Positions 48,237-56,976 of a stretch of DNA of 64,000 nt are shown here, piece by piece. Source of the DNA: an uncultured delta proteobacterium (GTDB lineage Bacteria > Myxococcota_A > Polyangia > Fen-1088); the NCBI GenBank assembly GCA_963767925.1, contig CAVYGB010000006.1:192001-256000 (forward strand), written 5' to 3'. The translations under genes and the position numbers were made by a program. Positions within the stretch are counted from its first letter, which is position 1. Every line of letters starts with the position of its first letter. Below the pieces are notes generated by a model that saw only the letters and a list, made by a program, of their open reading frames with translations, ran no database searches and was not told where the DNA came from.

Positions 48237-48941
48237 TTAGAGGGCTGCGTGGGCGAATCCGAGCGCCTCGCTGTACGGCGCCTCGGGTGAGAGGCGCTCT
48301 CCTCGGCCGGTGGGTGGCGAGGACAGGAGGCAGATGACGACCGTGAGCAACTCGGCCCGGGTCAACAGGGTGTGGGCGAGCGGCGGTATCACCAGGCGGG
48401 TCTCCACCGGCATGCCCTTGCAGACGGAGCGACCGGAGTAGCCCCCCTGCCGGTCGACTCCATCGAGCCGATAGTGGCAGTAGCCATTGCTGCCAGCATG
48501 TTCAGGCCCGCTCAGCCATCCCCGGTCCGAGCTGTCGGAGACGGTTCCCTGGATGCTCTGCGCAGAGAACTCCAGGCGCACCTGCCTGCCGTTCCAGAGT
48601 CCTTCCACCAAGGTGTGGTCTTCTTCATCTACGAAGTGCAGCGCCACGGAGCCATCCACCCCTTGACCGTGGGCCCCGTCCCTTTCGATGTGAACCCGCA
48701 GGGCTCCCGTCGCAGCGAGCGTGCCCGACGACCACCCCGTCAACTTGCCGCTCTCGAGGCGCAAAGTGAACGACGGCCCGAACAGATACGGCAGCGCCAT
48801 CGCCAGGGACGAGCTGGTCGCTCCCCGGCTCAGTCCCACGTGAGTCATCGAGCGGGACGTCTCGCGCGGTCCCGATGGCAGCGCGCAGGACAGGGCGGAG
48901 CAGGTGAGCAGCAGCAGGGAGCCCCGGGCTGGATTCGTCAT
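48237..48941 (-). CDS. Hypothetical exported/lipoprotein
   Basis: LLLLTCSALSC signal; 234-aa ORF filling the gap between supported genes. Confidence 0.55.
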   Translation of the reverse strand: MTNPARGSLLLLTCSALSCALPSGPRETSRSMTHVGLSRGATSSSLAMALPYLFGPSFTLRLESGKLTGWSSGTLAATGALRVHIERDGAHGQGVDGSVALHFVDEEDHTLVEGLWNGRQVRLEFSAQSIQGTVSDSSDRGWLSGPEHAGSNGYCHYRLDGVDRQGGYSGRSVCKGMPVETRLVIPPLAHTLLTRAELLTVVICLLSSPPTGRGERLSPEAPYSEALGFAHAAL

Positions 48942-49060
48942 GCCGGCCCACCAAGCAACCAACGGACCAGCCCCGGGCCCCGGCGCTCCGGCGGGATGTC
49001 CGGGCAGGAGACCTCGGCCATGTCCGGCAAAGGGACAGACCGTCCCAGGAGTGGAACGAT

Positions 49061-50089
49061 TCAGGGAGCCCGACAAGGCAGTCGAGAGAGGAGGTGCTCC
49101 TCCACCAAGCGCCAGCTCTGCTCGTGCATGCCTCGGGTGTTGTAATTCACGGTCGTCACGACCGCGACCGCGTCGAGCTCGCGAAACATGACGACGTGGT
49201 TGCCGCCATTGCCGGACATGAACCACCCCGAGGACCGCCCACAGGCCGTCCGGTAGTCCCGCCGCCAGAGTTGATAGCCGTAGTCGAGCTCGCCCTTCGG
49301 GTCGGCCGAGCGGTTCGGCTTGTGACGGCGCGTGAGCATCGCTTCCACCCAGGCCTGGGGTACCACCGTCCGCCCAGCCCATCGTCCCTTGTCCAGCAGG
49401 AGAGTGCCCAGCCTGGCCAGGTCGCGGGTCGTGAGGCTTAGCTGACCGCCCGTCATGACCTCGCCCACCGACGATCGCCGCCAGACGACCCGCCGGATGC
49501 CCAGGGGAGCAAACAGCCGTCGCTCGATGTAACGATCCACCGGCTGACCGGTGGCCTGCTCGAGCACCTGCCCCAGGAGGAACACGCCGGCTGTGCAGTA
49601 GAACCAGGGGCCGCGCCCGCCTGCGTCCCGCCGGTATCCCGGCTGCACGGGCAAATCGAGCGCCCAGCGCAGCCAGACTGGCTGCCGGTTCGTGTGCTCC
49701 TCGTTCCCAGGGCTGTCGGGATCGTCGTCGTTGCAGTCCAGGGCCGAGGACATGGTGAGGAGGTCGGCCACCGTTATGCCCCGCTTGACCTCATCGAGCT
49801 TGGCCGGCGGCACCCGGTCGGCAAAAAACCCGAAGACGGGTGCGTCCACGGACGGGATCTTCCCATCGCTCAATGCCAGGCCCACCGCGAGGCCGGTGAT
49901 CGACTTGCCAACCGAGCGGACGTCACGAAGGGTCCCGGCGTCCGTTCCTGCGAAATAGCGCTCGTGGACGATGCGCCCTCCCTGCTTCAGCAGCACGCTC
50001 GTCGTCCGGGGGAACTCTCCCGCGGACATGGAGGCGTCGAGGCGATCGCCCCCGGCGAGCAGAATGGCCAGCAATCCAATGGGACTCAT
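49061..50089 (-). CDS. Serine hydrolase, class C beta-lactamase/NylB-like family
   Basis: RSVGKS (SxxK), LLTMSS, WFYCT, LFAPLGI, SGNGGN. Confidence 0.9.
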   Translation of the reverse strand: MSPIGLLAILLAGGDRLDASMSAGEFPRTTSVLLKQGGRIVHERYFAGTDAGTLRDVRSVGKSITGLAVGLALSDGKIPSVDAPVFGFFADRVPPAKLDEVKRGITVADLLTMSSALDCNDDDPDSPGNEEHTNRQPVWLRWALDLPVQPGYRRDAGGRGPWFYCTAGVFLLGQVLEQATGQPVDRYIERRLFAPLGIRRVVWRRSSVGEVMTGGQLSLTTRDLARLGTLLLDKGRWAGRTVVPQAWVEAMLTRRHKPNRSADPKGELDYGYQLWRRDYRTACGRSSGWFMSGNGGNHVVMFRELDAVAVVTTVNYNTRGMHEQSWRLVEEHLLSRLPCRAP

Positions 50090-50431
50090 CGGCCCGACAT
50101 CTTCCGAACGCCGGAGCGCCGGGTCAAGGCGGGAGCGCCCTGACATCCGAGACCCCGCGTCGGACCGCGAACCGCCGTAGCTCCGAAGAGGAGGCGGCTC
50201 GACGAGTGCCAGGACCATGCCAGGACGCCAATGGGCGAACCGAGGCGCTCAGGGCCGGCCTTGTCCGTTTACGGGACGATCCTTCCCAGAAGTGGACAGT
50301 GTCGGCGGCGATGCGCTCTCTTCACCTCCGGACCACCACTGTCCCCTCCCCGTCCCGCCTGACGAGCCTCGGGCGTGGCGTGTCCCTGGCTGGTCGCACC
50401 TGCGACGTGAGGGCTCGCTGGGCGCCCGGGA

Positions 50432-50872
50432 TCAGGGCTTCCGAGGCTTCCGCTCCCAGAGGACGTTGACGATGACCCACCGGCCATCGACGCGGGCCAG
50501 GTGGAGGTAGTCGACCCATTCGGAAGCCACGATCTTCACGCTGGCCGCGCTCTCGTAGCGGTCGAGGATCGACACGTCCTTCTGTCGGCTCTCCTTGGGG
50601 GTCTTCCTCCCTCCTCCGGACCGCACGTTCGCCACGAGCTTGGAGGCGCCCATCTGTTCGACCCGGCTGACTCCGTTTTCGGTCATGACAATCCGTTTGG
50701 CGAGCTCGGGGTGGACTGCGCGAGACATCCTTTCGACGTCCCCCTCATACCACCCCTCGATGTAATCGAGGGCCGCCCGCCGGATGGCTTCTTCATGGAG
50801 GTCGGGAGTGGCCGACCTGGCATTCGAGGAAACCCCGGCCAACAGAAATAACAACAAAGCGGTGCTGCGCAT
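50432..50872 (-). CDS. Exported NTF2-like (lumazine-binding-like) protein
   Basis: Signal peptide; ALDYIEGWYEGD..RM.RAVHPELAKR; WVDYLHLARVDGRWVIVNVLW. Confidence 0.85.
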   Translation of the reverse strand: MRSTALLLFLLAGVSSNARSATPDLHEEAIRRAALDYIEGWYEGDVERMSRAVHPELAKRIVMTENGVSRVEQMGASKLVANVRSGGGRKTPKESRQKDVSILDRYESAASVKIVASEWVDYLHLARVDGRWVIVNVLWERKPRKP

Positions 50873-51106
50873 CACTGGCTCCTTGGCTGGGCAGAGTCGC
50901 CCGACGGTTGTTGTGTGTTCAGTCCGACTGACTGATCTCATAGCGATCTCCCGTTCGTCTGTCTCGATCTTCGACAGCGGGCCGTCGTCGCTCCGGGAGC
51001 CGCCCCCGGTCTGTCGCGGCACCGCTGCATCGGACAGGTGGCCCCGTACGTGCAATGTCATTTTCACGCTCTCCTCCGTCAGCCTCCAACAACCCGCGAG
51101 GTGCTC

Positions 51107-52183
51107 ATGTCCCAGTCCCAGTCCCAGTCCCAGTCCCAGTCCCGGTCGACCAGCGATGCCGCTCGTGGTGAGTTGCGTGCTCGACGTCTCGGTCGCACCG
51201 GGCTCAAGGTGAGCGAGATCTGCCTGGGGACGATGACCTTCGGGAACCAGTGCGACGAAGCAACTTCGTTCGCGATCATGGATAGAGCCTTCGACGGCGG
51301 CGTCTTCTTCCTGGACACCGCCGACGTTTACCCCCTCGGCGCCACGAGTGAGATGCGGGGACGAACGGAGGAGATCGTCGGCCGGTGGCTCACGAGCCGG
51401 AAGCGCCGGGACCAGATCGTGCTCGCCACAAAATGTCACGGGCGGATGGGCCCGGGAGCAAACGACGGCGGCCTTTCGCGAAAGCACATCTTCACCACGG
51501 TCAAGGACAGTCTCCGGCGGCTGCAGACCGACTACCTCGATCTCTACCAGGTCCACCAGCCCGACCTGGAGACGCCCATCGAAGAGACGCTGGGCGCCCT
51601 CGACGATCTCGTCCGGGCTGGGCTGGTCCGTTACCTCGGTTGCAGCAACTTCCTTGCCCACCAGCTCGCAAAGGCCCTGTGGGTCAGCGATCGCGCTGGC
51701 CTGGCCCGGTTCGAGAGCGCCCAACCCCGCTACAACATCCTGTACCGAGAGATTGAGAATGAGATCCTGCCGCTTTGTCGGGCGGAGAACCTCGGCGTTC
51801 TGGCCTATAACCCATTGGCCGGCGGATTTCTCACCGGACGCTACCGGGAAGGCCAGGAGCTCGAGCCCGGTTCTCGCTTCACGGTGAATCGAGCAGGCGA
51901 GATGTACCAGCGGCGTTACTGGCAATCGCCGCAATTTGCGGCGGTCGAGGAGCTGAAGAGACATCTCAAAACCAAGAATCACTCTCTCGCACAGATGGCT
52001 ATCGCCTGGGTCCTCAACAAGCCCGGCATCACCTCGGCCATCGTTGGCGCGAGCCGTCCGGAGCAGCTCGACGAGACGCTACGGGCGGCCGGACTGCGCC
52101 TCACGAGCGAAGAGGAAGCCCTTTGTGACGAGGTGTGGTTTCGCCTGCCTCGCCTGCGGGATCCAGCGCTGGCCCTCCGCTGA
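51107..52183 (+). CDS. Aldo/keto reductase
   Basis: LGRTGLKVSEICLGTMTFG, DTADVY, LATK, SLRRLQTDYLDLYQVH, YNPLAGG. Confidence 0.95.
   Translation: MSQSQSQSQSQSRSTSDAARGELRARRLGRTGLKVSEICLGTMTFGNQCDEATSFAIMDRAFDGGVFFLDTADVYPLGATSEMRGRTEEIVGRWLTSRKRRDQIVLATKCHGRMGPGANDGGLSRKHIFTTVKDSLRRLQTDYLDLYQVHQPDLETPIEETLGALDDLVRAGLVRYLGCSNFLAHQLAKALWVSDRAGLARFESAQPRYNILYREIENEILPLCRAENLGVLAYNPLAGGFLTGRYREGQELEPGSRFTVNRAGEMYQRRYWQSPQFAAVEELKRHLKTKNHSLAQMAIAWVLNKPGITSAIVGASRPEQLDETLRAAGLRLTSEEEALCDEVWFRLPRLRDPALALR
51110..51145 (+). repeat. (TCCCAG)n hexanucleotide microsatellite encoding SQ repeats
   Basis: Five TCCCAG units plus TCCCGG directly after the ATG. Confidence 0.9.
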
Positions 52184-52347
52184 CCGATTTGACGGCGGGG
52201 ATCAGGGCGAACCATCGACGACAAGGCGATGTGGCTCACGCGAAATTCCGAAGTTTTTGTCAAACGATCGTTATAATCTACGCGCCCAATAGCGCGTATT
52301 AGAGACTGAACCCGCCAGCGCGGTCACAAGGCCCTTCAATCCGCTTA

Positions 52348-53280
52348 GAACCTATCCCAGTAGACCGCACGCGCGCCACGTGATGATTCCGCACGCGAGG
52401 TGAAGCATTGCGAAAAAGGTATCCTCGCGCTTTTCCCAGCGAACCAGGATCCGGCGGAAGCGATTCATCCAACTGTGAGTCCGCTCGACGACCCAACGAC
52501 GCGCGCGAAACCCGGCCCCCTTCTTGATGGCCTTGGCTTCCTCTCCGCGACAACGAATGTGCAGGGTGAATCCGAATGCGGTACCCAACTCCCGGACCTC
52601 GTCGTAGTCGTAGCCCTTGTCGAGGCACATGCCCTGCCGTCTCGTCGCGGTTGGTCGGGGCCGCGGCACGGGGACGCTGTCGACCGTCTCAGCGAACAGC
52701 TTGAAGTCGTTCCGATTTGCGCCGTCGACCGCGAGGCCGAGCGGGACTCCCGCCGCGTCCGTCAACAGGCTTCTCTTGGTCCCGCCCTTGGCGCGATCGG
52801 TTGGGTTTGGACCGATTTTTTTCCCCGCCCAGCGGCGCCTTGGTCATCGCCCCGTCCATCGAAAGCCAACTCCAGTCGATTCCCTTCACGCGGTCGTAGG
52901 CGAGTAACCCGCGACGCCAGAACTCGTGGAACACCCCTCCCTCCGTCCACTCCAGAAAGCGGCGGTGGGCTGACGAGCTTGAACAGAGCCCCGTCGCGTT
53001 CAGAGCGTTCCACGGGCATCCGGTGCGGAGCACGAAGAGGATCGCGTTCATCGCATCGCGATCAGGCACGCGCGGGTTGTGGCAGCCGAGCGGGTGCTGC
53101 GGCCGCGACGGGAGCAGCGGCTCCATCTTTGCCCACAGCTCGTCCGGCAGGCGCCAGCGGTCGTCCTTGGTGATCAGGCCCATGCGCTCCGGAATCGCCC
53201 CATTCTGCAACGAGCGCCAATTTTCTGCTGTTTTCCCTCCGCTCAGGAAAATTGACCGACCGCCCTACTGGGATAGGCTC
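52348..53280 (-). mobile_element. IS5-family insertion sequence, 933 bp, apparently intact
   Basis: 16-bp terminal IRs GAACCTATCCCAGTAG / GAGCCTATCCCAGTAG (1 mismatch); TTA direct repeats at 52345-52347 and 53281-53283. Confidence 0.92.
52352..53183 (-). CDS. IS5-family transposase in two frames joined at an A7 run
   Basis: OrfA LPDELW, AILFVLRTGCPW, SAHRRF..W, SMDG; OrfB GPNPTDRAK.GTKRSLLTD, LDKGYD, RWVVERTHSW; GGGGAAAAAAATC at 52814-52826. Confidence 0.9.
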
Positions 53281-53311
53281 TTAACCCGCGGACGAGACTT
53301 AGGAAACCAGA

Positions 53312-53737
53312 ATGAAAACGCACGCGCAGTCTTATACGGCCCCCACGCTCGCGACCGGACTGGTCCGTCGTCACATCGTCGAGTTCGCCTATCGCCTGGG
53401 ACTGAGCGTTCGGGAGGCGACGGTCCTGGTCCTCGCCGCGGGCTCCGGGCTCCATCGCAAGGCGGCCGCCGATCGCCTGGGATGTAGCCCGGGAACTGTC
53501 GACACGTACTGGCGCCGCATCCTCCGGAAGAGCGGTCAGAGCTCGCAGCTCGAGCTCCTGGCGGTCCTCCTCTCGTACGTCCTCACGAGAAGAGAGCCGC
53601 CTGACCCTCGCGAGCTCTCGCCACCTCCCGATCAGGCGCCCCTGTTCATCCAGGACTTCGAACGTTATTGCGGGGCCATCAACGCCGCGATGGCGTCGCG
53701 GAGCGAAACCCGCAGTCGCGTATTGCCGCTCGATTGA
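53312..53737 (+). CDS. LuxR/GerE-type HTH transcriptional regulator
   Basis: LSVREATVL...G...KAAADRLGCSPGTVDTYWRRILRKSG..SQLEL. Confidence 0.8.
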   Translation: MKTHAQSYTAPTLATGLVRRHIVEFAYRLGLSVREATVLVLAAGSGLHRKAAADRLGCSPGTVDTYWRRILRKSGQSSQLELLAVLLSYVLTRREPPDPRELSPPPDQAPLFIQDFERYCGAINAAMASRSETRSRVLPLD

Positions 53738-53744
53738 GGCCACA

Positions 53745-55127
53745 TTGACAAACAACGCGTTCGTTCCCGCAAGCCGCGCACAGGAGCTGTGGTGGACCGT
53801 GCATTGCCTGACCAGCACCACGCCCGCCGGAAAGATCCTGGCCGCCCGGCGCCTGCGCGCCCCCATCGATCCTGGAATGATGGAGCAGAGCCTGCGGCTG
53901 GCTGCTGCTCGCCACGAGTCCTTGCGGACCGGACTGGTACGCAAGGGCGACCAGCTCATGCAGACCATCGCCCCGGAGGCCCCGGTCACCCTGCGCGTGG
54001 TGGATCTGGTCGATCTGCCGGTGGAGGAAGGCCTGCTGCGGGTGGACGCCATCACAGCGGAGGAGGTGCAGCGCCCCTTCCAGGTCGAGCATCCGCCGCT
54101 GTTTCACTCGGTCCTGGCCCGCCTGGCATCCGACGACTTCGTCCTCCTCGTGACTCTCCTGCACTCCATCTTCGATGAGTTCTCCCAGCAGTTGCTGGTG
54201 GGTGAGCTGCGCGCGCTTTACGCCAGGGTCGCCGGCGCGCCGCACGCCCGCACCCTCGCTCCGCCGACCCAGTTCCGCCAGCTCAGTGGCTGGCAGCTCG
54301 CATGGGAGCGCGACCCCCGGCTCCGGGGCCAGTACGAGTACTGGTCACGAAAGCTCGAGGGATATCAGGCGAAGATTGACCTTCCGGTGCGAAGGCCTCG
54401 CCCCGAGGTCTCGATCGACACCCGCGCCCTTTTCCGGGCCATCTTGCCCGCCGACCGCTGGAAGGCGGCCCTGGCCCTGGCGCGGAGCGAAGCCGTGACG
54501 CCGTTCGCATTGCTCCTCGCCGCTCTTGCCCTCGTGCTCGCCGATCAGTCCGGCCAGGACGAGATCGTCCTCGGAGCGGTCTACGCGAACCGCAGGCTCC
54601 CCTTCACACAGTCGATCATGGGTCTCGTCATGAACATCCTGCTCCTGCGGGCAAACCTGGCCGGCGACCCCACCCTCCGTCAGTTCTTGAAGCAGGTCAC
54701 CCGCGACTGGCTCGAAGCGCTCGAGAACGGCGAGCTGCCTTTCGAGGAGCTGGCCCGGCGGTTCGGGGTCTCCCGGGTGGTGCGGGGGTCGGCACCGGCC
54801 TACGAGGCCCTCGTGAACTTCAACGTTTCGTCGGCGCTGAGCGACGACGATCGCCCATCCTGGATGCAGCCCTGGGTCCCTACCCGGCAGCCGGAGCCGA
54901 CGCCCTGCGCTTGGGCCGGCTGTCCGCTGTTTCTCACCCTGTTCGTTACCGCCGAGGGCTCGCTGCGGGTGGACTTCCGCTACACCGAGGAGCTCCTGGA
55001 GCGAGCGGTCATCAGCCGGCTGGCCGCCCTATATCTCGACCTGCTCGGAGAGCTGCCGCGCCTTCTCGACACCCCCGTATCACGGCTTGGCGCCGTCTTC
55101 AGCCGGGCAGCCGCAGCGAGCCCATGA
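53745..55127 (+). CDS. Stand-alone NRPS condensation-domain protein
   Basis: SRAQELWW, RHESLRT, RPF, LHSIFDEFS (HHxxxDG variant), YWSRKLEG, TPFALLLAA, ANR, PFEEL; TTG start uncertain. Confidence 0.85.
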   Translation: MTNNAFVPASRAQELWWTVHCLTSTTPAGKILAARRLRAPIDPGMMEQSLRLAAARHESLRTGLVRKGDQLMQTIAPEAPVTLRVVDLVDLPVEEGLLRVDAITAEEVQRPFQVEHPPLFHSVLARLASDDFVLLVTLLHSIFDEFSQQLLVGELRALYARVAGAPHARTLAPPTQFRQLSGWQLAWERDPRLRGQYEYWSRKLEGYQAKIDLPVRRPRPEVSIDTRALFRAILPADRWKAALALARSEAVTPFALLLAALALVLADQSGQDEIVLGAVYANRRLPFTQSIMGLVMNILLLRANLAGDPTLRQFLKQVTRDWLEALENGELPFEELARRFGVSRVVRGSAPAYEALVNFNVSSALSDDDRPSWMQPWVPTRQPEPTPCAWAGCPLFLTLFVTAEGSLRVDFRYTEELLERAVISRLAALYLDLLGELPRLLDTPVSRLGAVFSRAAAASP

Positions 55128-56937
55128 CCTCTCCGCCGGCTCGAGCCGGCGCCTTCCCGATGGCTGGCAGGCGCCGGCGGCGCCTCGAGGCCCAGAGGAG
55201 CACGCCCGCGACGATGAGGATGCCCCCCCCTGCGGCGACGAAACAAAGTCGCCCGGAGGTGGGGTTGGGAACCGCTGCCAGCGCCAGGACGAGGCCGCCG
55301 TAGGGGAGCGCCAGCAGCCCCAGGGTCCGGAGCTGCAGGCGATCGAGCGCCCGCGTGATCCAGGGGTTCGAGATCACGGGCTGCTCGAGGCGCCGGAAGA
55401 AGGCGGCGGTCGCCAGGTCGAACTGCGGGCGGTTGTACCGGGCGAACCAGGTGGTCCCCAGGAACCAGAGCGAGGACCCGCCCACGCACAGCAGGAGGCC
55501 GACGAAGAACATGGCGCTGTCGCGTTCGGCCTTGGTGAAGGGGGTCTCCAGCCCCAGCAGCCGGCGCACGGTGTCCAGATCGAGCCCCTTCGAGCACCAC
55601 CAGGAGATCAACAACCCGACGATGACCGTCGACCATCCTGACCAGGGCGGGGTTCGCTTGATCACCATCCCCCAGATGAGAGGGATCAGGAAGGGGATCG
55701 CCACCATGGAGCTGAAGAGCATCATGATCTCGAAGAGGCCGAACCCCTGCAGGCGGTCCAGCAGCAGGGCGGCGCCGATGGCCATGAGGCCGAAGAAGGT
55801 CGAGGCCAGCTTGCCAACGAGGACACACTCCCGGTCGGACGCCGCCGGGCGGAGGATAGGCTTGTAGAAGTTCATCACGAAGATGCCGGCGTTCTTGCTG
55901 AGGCCCGGCTCCATGGAATCCATGGTGGTGGCGAAGATGGCCGCCATCATCAGCCCGATCATGCCAGCGGGCATGGTCTTGAGCCCGATGGCCACGTACG
56001 CCCCTTCGCTGAGATTTTTTCCCAGGGGCTTCAACTCCTGGATCACCGAGAGGTCGGGGTACAAGATCGCGGCCGCCATCGGCGGGATGAACCAGAGGAT
56101 CGGACCGATCACGAAGAGGCCCGCCGCCAGGAGGGCGGCCCGGCGGGCGTTCCGGGAGTCCTTGGCGAACAGAAAGCGGTTGGCGTCATTCAAGTTGTTC
56201 GTCGTGCACACCTGCTTGACGAGGGCCGCCACCACCCACAACACCACCAGCTCTGGCCGCATCATGACCGTCCAGTCGAGGTGCTGCGGCGGCAACCGTT
56301 CGACGAAGGTGCTCATGCCACGAACGAACGAGCCGTCGCCCACGGCCTGGACCGCCAGGACGGCCGCCACCACCGAGACCGCCATCAGTATCAGGGTCTG
56401 CATGAAGGCCGAGGCCACGATGGCCCAGGACCCTCCGAGGGCGGAGACGAAGACCACGACCGCTCCGACCACCAGGACGGTGCTCTCGAAGCCCAGCCCG
56501 AAGACGACCGCTCCGAACTTGCTCACGGCGTTGAGCCAGATGCCGGCGTAGAGCGTTCCTATCGGCAGCCACACCCAGGTGAAGAACTGCTCGTTGCTCC
56601 GTCCGAAGCGGTCTCTGACCCCGTCCATGGGTGTGATGACCCGCAGCTGGCGAAACTTGGCCGCGGACCAGAAATAGGCGATCAGGTACCCCAGGGCGTT
56701 GCCCAGGAACAGCACGGACACCATCAAGCCATCGGTGTAGGCCTTGCTGGCCGCACCGGTGAACGTCCAGGCGCTGAACTGGCACATGAAGGCCGTGCTT
56801 CCCCCCAGCCACCAGAGAACGTTTCCGCCGCTGCGGAAGTAGTCGTTCGAGCTCCTGGTAAATTTCCGAAACACCAGCGCCAGGCTGGCCATGAAGGCGA
56901 AAAACACGATCAGCACGGCATAGTCGTATCCTGTCAT
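55099..56937 (-). CDS. Sodium:solute symporter (SSS) family transporter
   Basis: DYFRSGG..LWW, FSAWTFTGAA, GMIGLMMAAIFATTMDS; many TMs. Confidence 0.9.
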   Translation of the reverse strand: MTGYDYAVLIVFFAFMASLALVFRKFTRSSNDYFRSGGNVLWWLGGSTAFMCQFSAWTFTGAASKAYTDGLMVSVLFLGNALGYLIAYFWSAAKFRQLRVITPMDGVRDRFGRSNEQFFTWVWLPIGTLYAGIWLNAVSKFGAVVFGLGFESTVLVVGAVVVFVSALGGSWAIVASAFMQTLILMAVSVVAAVLAVQAVGDGSFVRGMSTFVERLPPQHLDWTVMMRPELVVLWVVAALVKQVCTTNNLNDANRFLFAKDSRNARRAALLAAGLFVIGPILWFIPPMAAAILYPDLSVIQELKPLGKNLSEGAYVAIGLKTMPAGMIGLMMAAIFATTMDSMEPGLSKNAGIFVMNFYKPILRPAASDRECVLVGKLASTFFGLMAIGAALLLDRLQGFGLFEIMMLFSSMVAIPFLIPLIWGMVIKRTPPWSGWSTVIVGLLISWWCSKGLDLDTVRRLLGLETPFTKAERDSAMFFVGLLLCVGGSSLWFLGTTWFARYNRPQFDLATAAFFRRLEQPVISNPWITRALDRLQLRTLGLLALPYGGLVLALAAVPNPTSGRLCFVAAGGGILIVAGVLLWASRRRRRLPAIGKAPARAGGEVMGSLRLPG

Positions 56938-56976
56938 CACGCCTCTCCGGATGGCGGCGCGGGCCCGGGGGAGCAG

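Noticed and set aside
49061..50089. Serine hydrolase as the beta-lactamase target of the BlaI/BlaR-like pair
   Set aside because: It lies about 46 kb away, no copy of the AACTAAT palindrome was seen upstream, and this family includes many esterases and amidases
50432..51982. 516-aa ORF ending in the NTF2-like domain
   Set aside because: Mostly antisense to the aldo/keto reductase; the signal peptide starts at 50872
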